A DNA stretch of 64,000 nucleotides, taken from NCBI GenBank assembly GCA_001643675.2, contig LSRY02000047.1, forward strand, positions 62,001 through 126,000. The letters are read 5' to 3'. A program made the translations under genes and the position numbers. Numbering within the stretch: position 1 is the first letter of the stretch; every line of letters starts with the position of its first letter. The notes beneath the pieces were generated by a model. That model saw nothing but the letters and a program-made list of their open reading frames with translations. It did no database searches and had not been told where the DNA came from. Origin of the DNA: Monocercomonoides exilis PA203. Taxonomy: Eukaryota > Protista > Preaxostyla. Of this stretch, positions 45,996-60,400 are shown one piece after another.

Positions 45996-48900
45996 TCAAG
46001 ATTCCGATTGTCTACAGGTTTCGTTGTTGTCACTTGCAACCTGCGCATCATCAGATTCTTCTTCATCGATAATGGCATCTGAAATAGTGATCAGCATTGC
46101 ATTTGCTGGGAAGCACTGGATAAAGTGACGCTTCAGATCAGTCAATGTGGGTCTGTCTTCAGAATTCCCTGAAGTGCACGAAATAACTGCTTGCAAATGC
46201 TTTGAGCTTTGAATTCCCTCCAAACTTGGTCTCTCTCCTTTCACGATCTTGTCTCCGGCTATTTCTGCTTCATACTCCCCAAAGGGAATATTCAGTGTCA
46301 AGCACTCCCAGAGCATCATACCGATCGAGAATGAAACTGATTCCTTTGTTGCTCCCAATTTCTTATTGATCAGCAGTTCAGGCGCCTTCCACCTCAGGCA
46401 CTCTTTTTTGTAATAATCATCCTCTTCAAATGCAGATGAAGGCAGAGAATCATCATCATCATCACTGGCTGATGTCACAACAGTTGATGAAGAGATGGAT
46501 GATGAATCTGAGTCTGAAGATGAGAAGTCTGAGCGCATGACAATGCAGATCACCATGTGCTCAGAGAACAGCACAATGTGAGGACTGAGATTGGATAGAG
46601 AAGAGAGAGGATTCTCCATTTCATCAAATGAATGGAGCGAAAGATTAGCCACCCAAAACAGGATCTGGGCAGCTGTCATCTCTCTTTCTTTCAAGGTGCC
46701 AATCGCCATCTCCTTCTTCTCATTCCTTCCATGAAGCAGCATGAACAGTGAATCCCTCAAATCCACAATCAGCTTTTCATGAGGGGATGAACATGCCATT
46801 GCATCCACCAGATTCGACATCGACGATGTGGTTGGGCACAGGTCCTCCCTCCGAACAAAAGTTGAATCTGTGTCTGAAGTGTCTGTGGTGGAAGTGGATG
46901 AAATGGATGGCGATGGAGATCTCTTACTGAGCTCTTCTTCCTCCTCCTTTTCCAATGCCCATTCTGGGATCTTATCTGAGTCTTTTCCCAAGATGTATTC
47001 AGTGGAGTCACTCTCAGATAGAAGATGCTCTGATGATTCTGAATGTCCCAAGCTTTTCGCATACACACTCTTTTTGATCCTCTCTTCATTCTTCTTCTCA
47101 GCCTCCCTTTCTGCTCTCCTCCATTGCTCCTCTGGAGACATCTCCATCGTCACCATCTCGAACGCCTTCGGATCCTTTTTGATGTTATCGTTCACAATGA
47201 CTTCAAGTTCCTCTGTCCTTCTCTTTTGTTTACTCCATCGGACAACAAAAACAATAAAACCAACAAGTACAATTAAAAACAGAACAACAAGCACAATCAC
47301 AATCAACAACCAATAAGATTTTCCTTCTTTCACTCCTTCAACAATTCTTTCGTCTCCATTCGTTTTTGCTTCACTTTTGTTCTTCACAACAAATGAATCA
47401 GTTGATGATGGCGAATCTTCATTTCCAAAAAGAATGCACACTGACACTTCTGTTCCATCACCAGCTTTTCTGAAAAGCTCTGTTTCAATCACTCCAACCA
47501 CTGCATTTTCTGATACAAAGGCTGATTCTTCGAAGTTGAATGTTTCAATCAATTCCTCGTCACCTTCTTTGAACAAGACAGAGAATGACAAATTGCAAGG
47601 CAGAAAAAGCGATCCTTCAAATTTGAGATTTGTATTTGTTCCATTCTCTTCACTTTTCACACTATCCAGCACAGAAATGAAGAACGATGATTCCCTTTCA
47701 GAAACAATCCCTTCAAAGATGCACACATCATTCAACATCCAAAGTGATGTATTTTTTTCCCATCCATCTCCTCCTTTCAAACTCATCACATTCAATGTTC
47801 CAGAATCTGAACAGATGATGTTTCTTCTGAGTGATGGGTATTTTGTGAATCTTGGATTGTCATTTGTGAACAACCCCATTTCAATTGAAACACTTCCGCC
47901 ACTCACAGACAACGCTCCATCTGAGGCATTCGACATGATGGTGTCTTTCACTGCTGCTGATGAGTCTTTCATTTCCACCATTGATCCGTTCCATCGACAG
48001 ACCTCGTCTTGCCCAGCATTCGACTCATCCCTTTCATCGCCAACATTCATTGTCCCATCAAACAAACAGGAATCCAGAGCAATGTTTTGACATGAACTCA
48101 TTGTCAAAGCACTTCCTTTCATGTTTGCCACACTTTTGTGAACAAGAGATATATTTGCACAGCTGACACGACAGGAACATTTGTCAACATTGATCACAGT
48201 TGATTGCTCACCAGAAATGCTGATGTTTTCGAACTTTGAATGGAGAAAATCAAAAGATTCTCCAGCAAGATCAGTGTCAACATTTTCTTTTCCTTCGACA
48301 AAAACCACATTCTTCTCGACTTGCACAGAATTCGCTTTGACCTTGTCGAGAGACAAATTCCCACAAAACGAGTGAATGCAAATCAGAAAAGGGTGAGCAA
48401 CAGAGATGTTTTCAATCAACAGATCAAAGACACTCAATTCTGAATCAACAAGCTCCACAATCGCATATGAAATGTGGGACTCGTCAATGCTTGTCTTTCC
48501 TGAGAATTGACAACTTTCAATTGAGAGGGCTGCATGCTCTGAATACAAGAATGAGGAGTGAGCTGTTGTTATTTTTGTTGGTAAGCTGAAAGAAATCAGC
48601 TTAAGAGCAACTGAGCCAGAACAATTAACAATGCAGCTCTTTTCCATTTCTGTGATTTCCTCAATTTCAATTGAAGCTGTTGTCTTCTTTCGAGACATCA
48701 TCGTCACATCGCAGAGTTCGATTTCGCAGTCGATCACACTCTGCAAGTCAACAAGAAGCCTGCTGTCCACTTTGTGAGTCAGATGGATGAGGGAGTAGCC
48801 AATGGTGGCACAAGGAAGGGCAAGGGTTCCACACTGCTTTGTATCATTTCCTCCTTTGATCTGTTCTGAGCTCACAATAATTGTGTCTGACTGATAAATG

Positions 48901-51900
48901 AGAATAAAATCAAGAAGATTCACAGGCTCAGATGAAAATTCACTTCGGTCAATCCCATACAAAGCATTCAGACGAACAAAGACACTCGGATCAAAATCCA
49001 TTTTGAACATTGTCTCGTTCAGTTGTGTGTTCAGATCATTGCACTCAATAAATAAATCTCGTCCCACATGAGCTGTATTGGCCTCGAACTTCAATGGCTC
49101 GATGTGGATGCTGAGCTTTGTTGTGAGTTCTGTTCTCAAATACAGTCCACCTCCCCTTCCATTTGTTGTCGAGCACCCACACATTTCAATAATGCATTCA
49201 TTCAAGTTGAATGTGGCTCCCTCGCACAGCTCAATGAGGACACATCCTCCTTTTTGTGTTTCTGGTGACTGGCATCCAGAAAAGTTTGATTCCACAACAA
49301 ATATGTTTATGTTTGTCGAGTCGATGCAACTCAGAATGCGGCTCTCATCAGTCTTTCCGTTCACTGAAAGAAAAGAGGAAGAGTTGATTTGGATCTGTTT
49401 TTTCTCTTCATTTCTTTCACCTGTTGGAATAGAGACAACATTCACAAGACTTTCATCAGTCAGATTCACTGATTGGATTTTCATGTTAGTAATTCCAACA
49501 TTCACGTTGTTGGAAGTCTCTATCATGCTTCGCCCAATGTTTATTGATTCAACTTCCAAATCTTGAATCATCAAAAATCCCTCCAGAATTTGGATAAATG
49601 CAACTGAAAGGGGATTTGTATGTGGAGCAAGTGAGTGGAACTGGCAACTCATCATTGTGATGTTTCCATTTTGGCAGGCAATGAGAGCGTAATTCAGACA
49701 CACAAAATCTGACCCTGCGGATATTCGAACATGATTAATTGTCACTTTGCGATTAACGTTCAGCAACACATTTTTATCAGGAAGCACATTCTCAAACATC
49801 AAAGTGCTCATTTCAGGCTCATCGATTGTGCTTTTTGATGATTCAATTGTCAAATCAGAAATGCCAAATTCATCTCTGATTGCACACTCTCCTTTCAGTT
49901 TTATTTTCTTTTCTTCTGAATCGGACTTGATCTGTTTCATCCCTTTCCAAAAGGATTTGCAAGGATCTTTGTTGCTTCCACATCTCAAAACATCAGCCCC
50001 GTCTTCAGACACAAACACAGTTCCACTCTTAAACTTGATGAGGAATCGGAAAAGATCAGTATTCAAGAACTTTGTGTCACTTCCAACGAACAATGTTTCA
50101 TCACTCGCCATTTGTTTATATTCAAAGACGAATTTATCGTTTGTGACAGTGGAATTCAGATCAATGCACTTCAGAAACATATTCTTACCAAATTCTGCTT
50201 TGTTGTTTGAGAATATGGGATTTGTAATTGTGAATGAGGGATTCTCGCCAAACAAATCAAGAAACAGTGCACCACCTCTTCCGTTCTTTGTGATGCCTTG
50301 CTGAGACCAAGGTGCATGGCAAGAAGTGAAACTGCATTGCTCGACTGTTAATGAGCTTTGATCTCCTGAACTGACATAAATTCCTCCTCCTCCGTTTGAC
50401 TCTGATTCAACACCACAATTTTCAAACTCACAATTTGAAACATTGACAGACACAGCTTCTGAGTTGTCTTCGCTCGAAATGCAAAGACAAGCACCATTAT
50501 GCTTCTGACGCGTGATTGAATGAAAATCTGTGTTTGTGATATTCACAAAATTTCCATTTTTAATGAGCACGATGCTGCAATTGTCCAATGCACAGGATGA
50601 AAATTCAGAGTTTTGGATAGAAATGGATCCTCTTTCCTCTGCTGAAATCAGACCATCCTTTGAATTGCTTGTGACATTCCTCAGAAACGCTGTTTCCAGT
50701 GTTCCTTCTGCATTCTCTCCACACACGCAAATTGCTGGATAGTTCCCAAAGCACATGTCTGAAACTTCGAATTGATCAAGGCTCAATGCCCCACTGAGGG
50801 CACAGCAAAAGCTGTATTCAACAACCACATTGCTTTCAGATGGAACAACACAACAGTTGTGGATATTCAACGAATGTGAAGTGCAGCACAGAAATGGCTT
50901 GCTCTGAGGCAACGAGGATGGAAGAGAGAACGATATGTTTGAGAATGTTGCATTTATTCTTGTTTCAACAAATCCATTTTCAGGCGACGATGAATCCCCA
51001 ACAACTTCAATCACTGTCCCCTTCCTTTCAACAGAAATCTCACAATCTCTGGTTTCCAAAACAGATGAATGATCGAACTTGAAAGGAGAAACGATTTTGA
51101 TTTTTCTTGCGGAAGAGCCGAAATTTGTCTTTTCAGCATATTGCAAGGATCTGCATGGAGACACTGAAAATCCACATTTCAAATGATCAGAGCCAGTTGA
51201 ACCACTCACAACAACTACAGAAGGAAAAGGTTTCCAAAACAAAACCAGAGGGATTGCAGCACCTATTTCGCTTTCCTCAAATCCCATCAGCTCATCCAAT
51301 GAATTCTCATCAAGAGTAAACCCAAACTTTGAGCGAGAACACAACTCTTCAAGCTCTGTGGAAACCACAAATACATTCTTTCCGTAAACTGCTTGATTTC
51401 CTGTGAAGATGATATTTCCAAAATCAAAAGCCTTTCCTCCAGCTGTGCAGTCAATCATGATTCCCCCTCCAACGCCTCTTTCATTTGGTCCATTATTTGC
51501 CTTGCATTGTTCGAATCCACTTCCAAATTCATTTGAGCTTTTGTTGCCTATTGCCACTTCGCTTCCATCATTCATCTTCACCATCAATGCACCCCCATTT
51601 CCATCAAGACACGAGCAGTTACGCATCCTGAAATCCACAAGGCTCAATTTCTCCCCTTCATCCACAGTCACTTCAACCAATGAACCGTTTCCTGACTTTC
51701 GCTCAACACCATCAAACACTGATCCTGAGAAGGCAACATCATTCACAGATTCCATTGAGATCAAGGGAATATTCTCCATGCAGATGTTTTTGAACAAGCA
51801 ATTATTGATGACTGTTGTTGATCCGCCTTTTGCTTCAATCAAAGATCGACTGAATGGCTGTGCCTGGCTTTCAGATTCGCTTCGAATCTCGCATCCTTCC

Positions 51901-53804
51901 AGCTTTGCTGCGCCATTTCCATTCACAGACAAAAGGCTGCCACTGGCTGAGCTTGTTGAATCGTGGATAAGGGTGAATGCCTCCATGATGAGATCTCCAT
52001 TATCCACATAAATCAGAGACTCGCCCGAAGTCACATCTCTGGAGCGAACAACAGAGTTGTCGCATCTGTGGCCTATGAATTCCATTTTGAATGAATAAAT
52101 TGAAATGCTGCTTTCTTCATAATGCCCGCTGAAAACAACCACATTTTGTGTTGAACGCTTGATTAATGCATGTCCAATGGTTTTGAATGGTCTAGCCCGA
52201 TATCCACAGCCAGATTCATCTGCTCCTCTCAGCCAGGAAACAAATAACTCATCAAAGCCATTTTAAGATGTGACAGCATCAGGAAGCCAATAATCCTTGT
52301 TGTTTGTGCCATCAACTGCTCGAGGATGGCTGCTTGTTGAACAACATCCAACAACATCTGAATCAGATATTTTTCCAACCCAATTTCCGATGAGTGTAAC
52401 ATCTGTCCCATTTGTTGAGTTACTTGCCTTGTTTCCATTGAAAAAGCAGTATTTAATTGATCCTCCATGTTTTTCTCCAAAAGACATTGTGTATAGCAAT
52501 GCACCAAATAGACTAGAAACGCAGTTTTTTATGCAACAATCAGTTATATATCCTTTTCCGTTTGCTGCATAAAAGCAAGGACCTGCATTCACTGATGCCT
52601 TACATTCGGACACAAGCGATGAATCAATTATTGCTCCATTTGTTAACATTATTAAAATGGCTGCGTAGTGAATTGAATAACAATTGTAGAAAATACAGTT
52701 TTTGATGATTAATTGTCGATCAGAATACGATGCAACTCCACCACAGCAATATGATGCATTTGAATTAGTGAAATTTGAATCGAAAATTTCAACATTGCAA
52801 CATAATTTTGTCATGATTGATCCGCCATCGCAATTGATATCTGGTGTTCCACAAGAACACTCATTAAAATGACATCTTAAAATTAGGCAGACAACATTTT
52901 CAGATGAGAAATACAATGCTCCACCATCATCGTTTGGAGATGAGCATTTGAAGAAGCAATCAACAAACGTAATGTTTCCCTCATCGAAAAAGTTACTGGA
53001 ATTAAACGAATTGTTTCTGAAATTGATGCTATTTTGGCATGAATGGAATGATGAGTTTTTTGCAGTGAAAGAAATGCTGGATGGAGCTACAATTGATCCG
53101 TAATATGGCTGAACGCAGTTAATGAAATCTGAAGAAGAAACATCAACACACTCTGCTGATTGTTTTTTGTGACGGATATAAGCTGAATGATGAAAAGTTG
53201 AAATATTCTGAAATTGACAGTTGTGCATCACAACATTTGATGCCTTTCCAGAATACAACACTGTTCCGTTCAGTTTTCCCAATGCAACATTTTTCATCAT
53301 CGAGTTGCTCATTGTCAATGATCCGAACTTTGCTACATGAACAACTGATTGTCTGATTGTTTGTGAACGATCAACCAACACTTGTCTTATTTTTGACATT
53401 GCGACTTTGCCAGAAGATGTGATGAATGAACTCAAGGATGAAGATGATATGAAAAAACTGCAACTCGAGATATTAATCAATGAAAGTGAATCTCCACTGA
53501 GGGAGCATGTTTTGAAATTTGACAACAAGTTCATTTGATTGAAATCTACCGAAGAGTTAACAAGATTAAACAACTGCTGGTGATTCGATGAAGTTACACA
53601 TGTTTTTTCTTCCTCTTCACTTTCCTTATAAAAGAACTGACTTGCCAATGAACCCCTTTTTTCTTGACTGGATTTATGAAGAGAAGGGCTTGAAAATGGG
53701 ATATTCGTCTCATAATTCGTCAAAGTCTCAAAATGGTGATTGAAGCAATCATTTGACACACAAACCCCAAATAACAAGCTCAAATGGAAGATAGCTATTG
53801 ACAT
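45996..53804 (-). CDS. Second giant receptor-like pseudokinase gene, interrupted by one in-frame TAA at 52263-52265 (recent pseudogene, truncated secreted form or sequence error)
   Basis: Signal peptide MSIAIFHLSLLFGVCVS (ATG 53804). The frame continues past the stop (...DAVTS*NGFDELFVSWLRGADESGCG...) into the 2048-aa ORF, which carries the TM and a C-terminus closely similar to 9171-17270. Confidence 0.82.
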
Positions 53805-54494
53805 ATGTATGCAATAAATAAAGCAAAAAGAAACGAATTTTTTATTGTTTTGATTTGCGAATTTCTTTTGTTTTTTGATAATGTTAAAAATATTATGGGT
53901 CTGAGAGAAGAAATTATACATATAAATTCAAAAAAAAAATCGAGGTATTTTATTTATAAAAAAAGATAAATAAAAAACTGACAAAAATATTCAAGTTGGT
54001 CGTTTGTTTGGATGTGAATATTCTCTCATTTGAGATTTTTTTCAAACAAATTTGAAGATAATGATGTTGTTCTTTTTTAAATGTCAAAATCAAATGTGAA
54101 ACTTCATTTCACACTTGTTCATAGGTTGATGCTGAATGTTCAATGTGTGATGTTATCTGAATAATGTTATTTTATTCTTAATTTTCTTTTCAAGATAAAA
54201 ATTGATTTTACACACAAGTTTTTAAAAGACTATCATTAACAGGAACACTTTCGATATTTTTTGAAAAAAAAAAAAAATCAAATGATATTTATTTTTTTAT
54301 TGAAAAAAATTTTTTGTTTCTTTTTGAATGATTTTCTGATTTGAAAGATATTTCTAATTTTCGAATTTCATAACTGAAGTTTATTCAAAAACACTCGAAA
54401 GAAACAAAAAATATTTTTTAAAAACATTTACGATCGAACCGAAGATGTATTTTGGGTACTCTTTACTGGATTATTTTTATTTTTGTGTTTCTTG

Positions 54495-57400
54495 ATGGAA
54501 GCACCTGTTCTTCTTGAAGAACTTGACGAAAGCTTAGAAAGTTTATTACAGTCATGCTCTGGATGGAAGGATTTAGCGGGAGACACACCTCAAGCTGTGA
54601 GAAAGTCAGAATTTTATAATCGTTTGCTTTTTAAATGTTTTGACAAATTGTTTCATATTGTATACGCTTCATTTTATATTATTTCTTGTTGCGTTATAAC
54701 AAAGAAATTTTAACACTTCAACAGCATGTTGCTCATGTTTCTCAACAACTACAAGTTCAGCAAGCACTTGAAATACCTGATCTGGGAATTCTAAATATCG
54801 ATAAACAATTGGGCGATTTCGATGTTTGTATTGGCTAATTTACGCGTTGTAAAAATCTTTCATCCTTTCTTTAATTTCAAATAAAACAGCTTCAAAATAA
54901 AGTTGAGAGCACAGTTTTGAAATGGAATGTTCTTTTAACAAAAACACTTGAACAAGAAAAACAAAAGCAGCCGACTGAAACATCTGGGCTGATTTCCGAA
55001 ATAAATTATTGGAGAGCAAGATTAGCTTCATTGGCATCAATTTCTGAACAATTGAATACTGAAAAAGCAAAGAAGATAATTCAATTTTATGAAAAAGCTG
55101 AAGGACAATATTTTGGAGATTTTTCAAATCTTCAAAGCACTTTGGAGAAGGAATATACAGAGGCAAAGGAAATCTCAAAATTTCTAGGAACTTTAGAGAG
55201 GCATTTCTTTTTAATTGAAAAGGGGAGTTTTTCAATGATTGATTCGAACCTCCCTGCTTTGATGAATATTTTGCGTCTTCTGTGGCTGATATCAACACAC
55301 TTCAGCTCGATGGAGAAAATGGGAGGGCTTTTTGTGAAGATCTCTCACCAGCTTTGCAACCGAGCAAAAGATCATTTGGACATGAAGACGCTTTTCTCTT
55401 TGCCGGCACGGGATGCTGCCGCAGCGATTGGAGAGTCGCGGGATTTGCTGACGCGCTTCAAGCAATCGTACTTCAACGCGCGCCAGCAGATTGAGGATGC
55501 CGGAGACCAGCGGTGGGAGTTCCACCATCGGTTCAACTACTTCGAGCAGGTGGACTACATCGTCCGTGTGTGCGACGACCTGCTCTCGGTGGTGAACAAG
55601 GTCCACATGTTCGACCAGATCCTCGGCAACGAGCTGAAGGTCATCTCTGGCGATGCAGTGGGAGTGGAGAAGGTGCGCGTGAGCCTGAACGACCTCACAC
55701 GCCCGATGCAGACGCTGCCATTTGACCACTTCTCTACAGGGAACAAGACGAAGTGGCTGAAAGTGATGCAGACATTCAACGAAGAGGCAGAGGAGACCGA
55801 GCGCGAGACGGCGCTGCTGATTGAGTCCTCGTTCCGCAACCTGCGCAGCGTCGATGGCGCATTCGACTTCATCAGGCGGTTCTCAGGCGAAGAGTGCACA
55901 GCAGCGATTCAGCAGGTGTTTGACGAGCAGCTCACACGCATCCTGGACAAGTGCGACGAGCAGGTGAAGGCCACCCGCGCAATTTTCGAGGCGAAGAAGA
56001 ACAACCCGCCACGCCCGCATTCTGTTCCCCCCGCAGCCGGAGCCATTGCGTGGGCGAACTTCTTACTGGCATCGGTGAAGAAGCCCGTGGTGAGGTTCAA
56101 GATAATCGAGTTTGGCGAGCTGTGGAAAGGGAAGGACAGCTACGTGCAGCTCTGCAGGGCGCTGAAGCAGTACGGGAGAGAGCGGTTTGAGGCGTGGCAG
56201 AAGCAGATCACCACAAACATCATGGCGTATCTGAATGTGCATGTCTTTGCTGTGGACAACACCGTCTATCCGCCCGCACTGTCAGTCAACTTTGACCCGC
56301 AGCTGACGATGGCGATCAAGGAAGCGAAGTACATGGACCGTATTGGAGAGAAAATCCCTTCAATTGCGCTGGATGTAGCACTGCAGGAGGACAAGTTCCG
56401 CACGCGGCTGGAGTCGCTGAACATGGTCGTTGGTAACTATTCACGCGCTGTCGATTCCATCCGGCCGATTGAGAAGGACCTGCTCACCCAGCGCATCCGC
56501 CAGCTGCTGGTGGTGCTGCAGCCGGGGCTGGTGACGTTCAACTGGAACTCACTGGGGCTGGACGAGTTCATTCAGGAGGCGATGACAGAGATCGACCAGT
56601 TCCAATCAGTCATCACCCACGCTCACGACAACGAAGACGCCATCCACACCGTCATCGACCGCATCGCACGGGCGAAGCTGTTCACGCTACCAGACTACCC
56701 AGCCTCATCGGTGGATCTGAATGTGCCTGTAGGCGGTGGGAGTGCGGCGTCTGGGGGAATTGGAGGAGGAGAGAAAGGAGGGAGACAGAGAGGAAGAAAC
56801 GACAAAGAGAGAGAGAAGAGGAGGAGGAGAGGAGAAGATCTGGTGACAAGTGCATTGGGGATATCGCAGCTGAGAGGAGTGACTGATCTTCCCTCGTTTG
56901 TGAGACAACTGGAGACATCACGAGAAAGGACTGCAACTGAGTTATATCACACGTTCTCTCAGACAGCCAAGCTGAAGAACAACGAGATCGAAGCGAACAT
57001 CTTCAACCAGGTCGCATCGGGGAGGCATCCACGCATGAGCAACTTCTATCTCTACTGGGAGCTGAACCTGCTGAATGCGCTGAAGTGCATGGTGCAGAAG
57101 AACATCGCTCTCTTTGCGCGGATGCTCGGCGAGTCACAGCAGACTCCGTCGGGTCCGAGGAAGAGGTTGCTGTTCCAGATTGAGCCTCAGCTGGTGGCAG
57201 GGACGATTGTGGAGTCGCCCACGAGACAGGAGATCACTCGCCAGCTGCGCACGTTTGTGACAGCTATTTGTGAGACGCCGCAGAAGTTCCCTCGCTGGGT
57301 GAGGGGAACATGCGACGAGTGCCCGAGACAGCCGCAGTGGTCGTTCTACGTGGAGACGAAGGGCAGCCAGGAGCAGCTGGTGACGATCCCCATGCGCATA

Positions 57401-60400
57401 GTAGAGCGTACAATGACAAAGCTGGCGAAGTGCCTGGCACCGTGGAAGCGCGACGAGAAGCTGCTGGCGGCGTCGTCGGCTGACCGCGCGAAGCAGATCC
57501 AGCAATACGAAGCGCAATGCCAGCAGGCACTCAGCACAATCACGCAGACATCGTCAGCGCAATCATCAGCGTCGGTGAGTGTGGGCGACAGCGGAGAGGA
57601 CGGGAAAGGCGAAGGAGGAGAGCGGCCAGCGTCAGCTGGGGCAGACGGAGAGGGAGAGAACGAAAGCGGAGGCAGCGGAAGTGGAGCAGGGGAGAAGGCT
57701 GGGAAGAAGAAGACGACAGAGCTGTTCCAGGTGCCCATCCGGTTCTATGCACAACAGATGGGAGTGTATGCGCGGTTGATTGACACAGTGAGAGAGCGAC
57801 CAGACGAGGCGGTCATCGACTTTGTGGGAGTGAACTTCACTCGTCTGAAGGAGGCGCTGGTGGCGCGGGCGAAGGAGATCATTCTGGAGATCGGGAAAGC
57901 ATTACACGCATCGCCACACACAAAGCCGAAAGTGGCAGCGATGAACGAGGTCATTGCGAACTACACGAACGCCATCCACAAAGAGCCTCAGTCGCTGGAC
58001 GAGCTGAAGCAGCTGCTGTCGGTGATGGAGGAGATCCGCAGCGTGGCGATGGAGAAAGAGCTGGAGTACACAGCAATTACAGAGCGGTATGCGCTTCTGC
58101 ACCAGCACGGACTGGACCGCCCGTTCATCATGCGGGACAAGGAAACTGGGAAGGAGACAGAAGTGGAAGAGGAGGTGTCGGAGGAAGAGATGAATGATGC
58201 AATGTCACTGCCTCAGAAGTGGCAGGCGTTGATGGAGGAGGTGGAGACAGTGAAGAAGCAGCTGAACACGATCAAAAAGAACTTCTCGAAGGAGACGCAG
58301 AAGGACGTAGAGAAGTTCCGTGGGGATTTGGAGGAATTTGCGAAGGGATTCGAACAGGCAGCTCTGCAATTCACAAGAGAAGGAGCAGATTTGGACGCTG
58401 CTGCAGAAGAAGTGGCGAACTTCCAGCAGAAGCTGATGAACTTCAAAGCAGAAAGAGAACAGCTGCTGGAGGCTGAGCGTATGTTTGATCTGCCGATGAG
58501 CCAGTACCCAGTGATGAAGGAGATGGAGCTGCGACTGGCAGGGCTGAACCGCATCTACGACCTGCACAAGGAGGTGAAGCAGTCGATCGACCAGTGGTCA
58601 GGCATCCGATGGGAAGATTTGCACATTGACGAGCTGACACAGAGCATCGACGCATACAAGCTGCGGATGAAGCGTATTGGGAAGGACAAAGAGCTGGCGA
58701 GGTTGGCACCGTACCAGCAAGTGCAGCAGACAATAGACAACTTCGGAACATCACTGCAATTGATTGCGTGCTTCAAGAATCCCTCGCTCCAGCCACGCCA
58801 TTGGGAAGAGCTGATGGAGCGGACGAAGCAGAGATTTGACTTGTCGTCGATGACGCTGCGGAATCTGCTGGGAATGCAGCTGTACAACTACGAGAAAGAG
58901 ATCCAGGATATTGCTGCGATGGCAGACCGAGAGATGGGCATTGAGAAAGAGCTGGATGGAATTGCAGAGCTGTGGAGAGCAACCAGATTTGAGGTGGTGA
59001 AGCATTCGCTCCAGGGCATGCCATCGTCAGACAGAGGGTATGTGATCAAGGGAGTCGATCAGATTGAGGAGAAGCTGGAGGATCACGTGCAATCACTGCA
59101 GGCAATGCAGGCAAGCAGATATTATCGTCCTCACAGAGAGAAGGGAGCTGTTTGGGAGAAGAACCTGGGCTGCATATCAGCCGTGACAACACAATGGATT
59201 GCAGTGCAGAAGAAGTGGCTGTATCTGGAGAACATCTTCATTGGGAGTGAAGATATCCGGACGAGAATGCCAGAGCAGGCGAAGGACTTCGATGCGATGG
59301 ACAGAGACTTCCGGAAGATCATGACAGACACGTACAGACAGCCCAATGTGCTGGAGGCGTGTTCTGTGCCTGGGCGGGAGTCGCAGCTGATCAGCCTGAT
59401 GGCAATGCTCGAGCACTGCCAGAAGTCGCTGAGTGAGTATCTCGAAGGCAAAAGAGTCATCTTCCCCCGCTTCTTCTTCATTTCTGAGGATGACCTTTTG
59501 TCTATTTTGGGTTCAAGTGATCCGCAGGCTGTTCAAAGACATCTGCCGAACCTGTTTGACAACTGTCAGAAGCTCATTTTTGGCACAGGTGTGCACGCAA
59601 AGACGATCTCTGGGATGATTTCAGAGGAAGGTGAGGTGCTGCAGTTCCGCGCAGACACACAAGCAGAAGGGTCGGTGGAGCAGTGGATGACAGAAGTAGA
59701 GGCAGAGATGCGAAGATCGCTGAAAGTGAAAGTGAAAGAGGCGATTTACTACTACACATCGATGCCCCGTGTGAAGTGGATTGAGAAGTTCCTCGGCCTC
59801 GCCACAGTGGTTGGTTCGCAGGTGTGGTGGACGTGGGGCGTGGAGGATGCGTTCCAGGCGGTGCGAGCAGGAAACAAACACGCCCTGAAGAACTACAACG
59901 GAGTGCTGGGGCAGCAGATCAGGGATCTTGTGGCGACGATGCGAGGCGGGTCGAGTGTGGATGCGATGATGCGGGCGAAGGTGAAGAACATGATCATTCT
60001 GGATGTGCATGCCAGAGATATCGTATCCGATTTCATCAGAGATTCTGTGCTTGATGCACGAGAGTTCGACTGGGAAAGGCAGCTGCGCTTCTACTTTGAC
60101 AAGAACAAGGAAGGTGTGGTGATCAGACAGTGCACAGGAGAGTTTGACTATGGTTATGAGTACATTGGGCTGAGAGACAGGCTGATTATCACTCCCTTGA
60201 CAGACAGATGCTACATCACCCTCACCCAGGCGCTGTCGATGCGGTACGGTGGAGCACCAGCAGGGCCAGCTGGGACTGGAAAGACGGAGACAGTGAAAGA
60301 TCTGGCAAAAGGGCTGGCTTTGTTCTGTGTGGTGTTCAACTGCCAACAAGGGCTGAATGCAACGTTCATGGGCTCGCTGTTCACCGGGCTGTGTGAGATC

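Noticed and set aside
52263-52265. TAA/TAG reassigned to Gln, as in some metamonads
   Set aside because: AP-2 sigma, the AGC kinase and others end at TAA at the expected position, and the 2700-codon paralog has no in-frame TAA/TAG.
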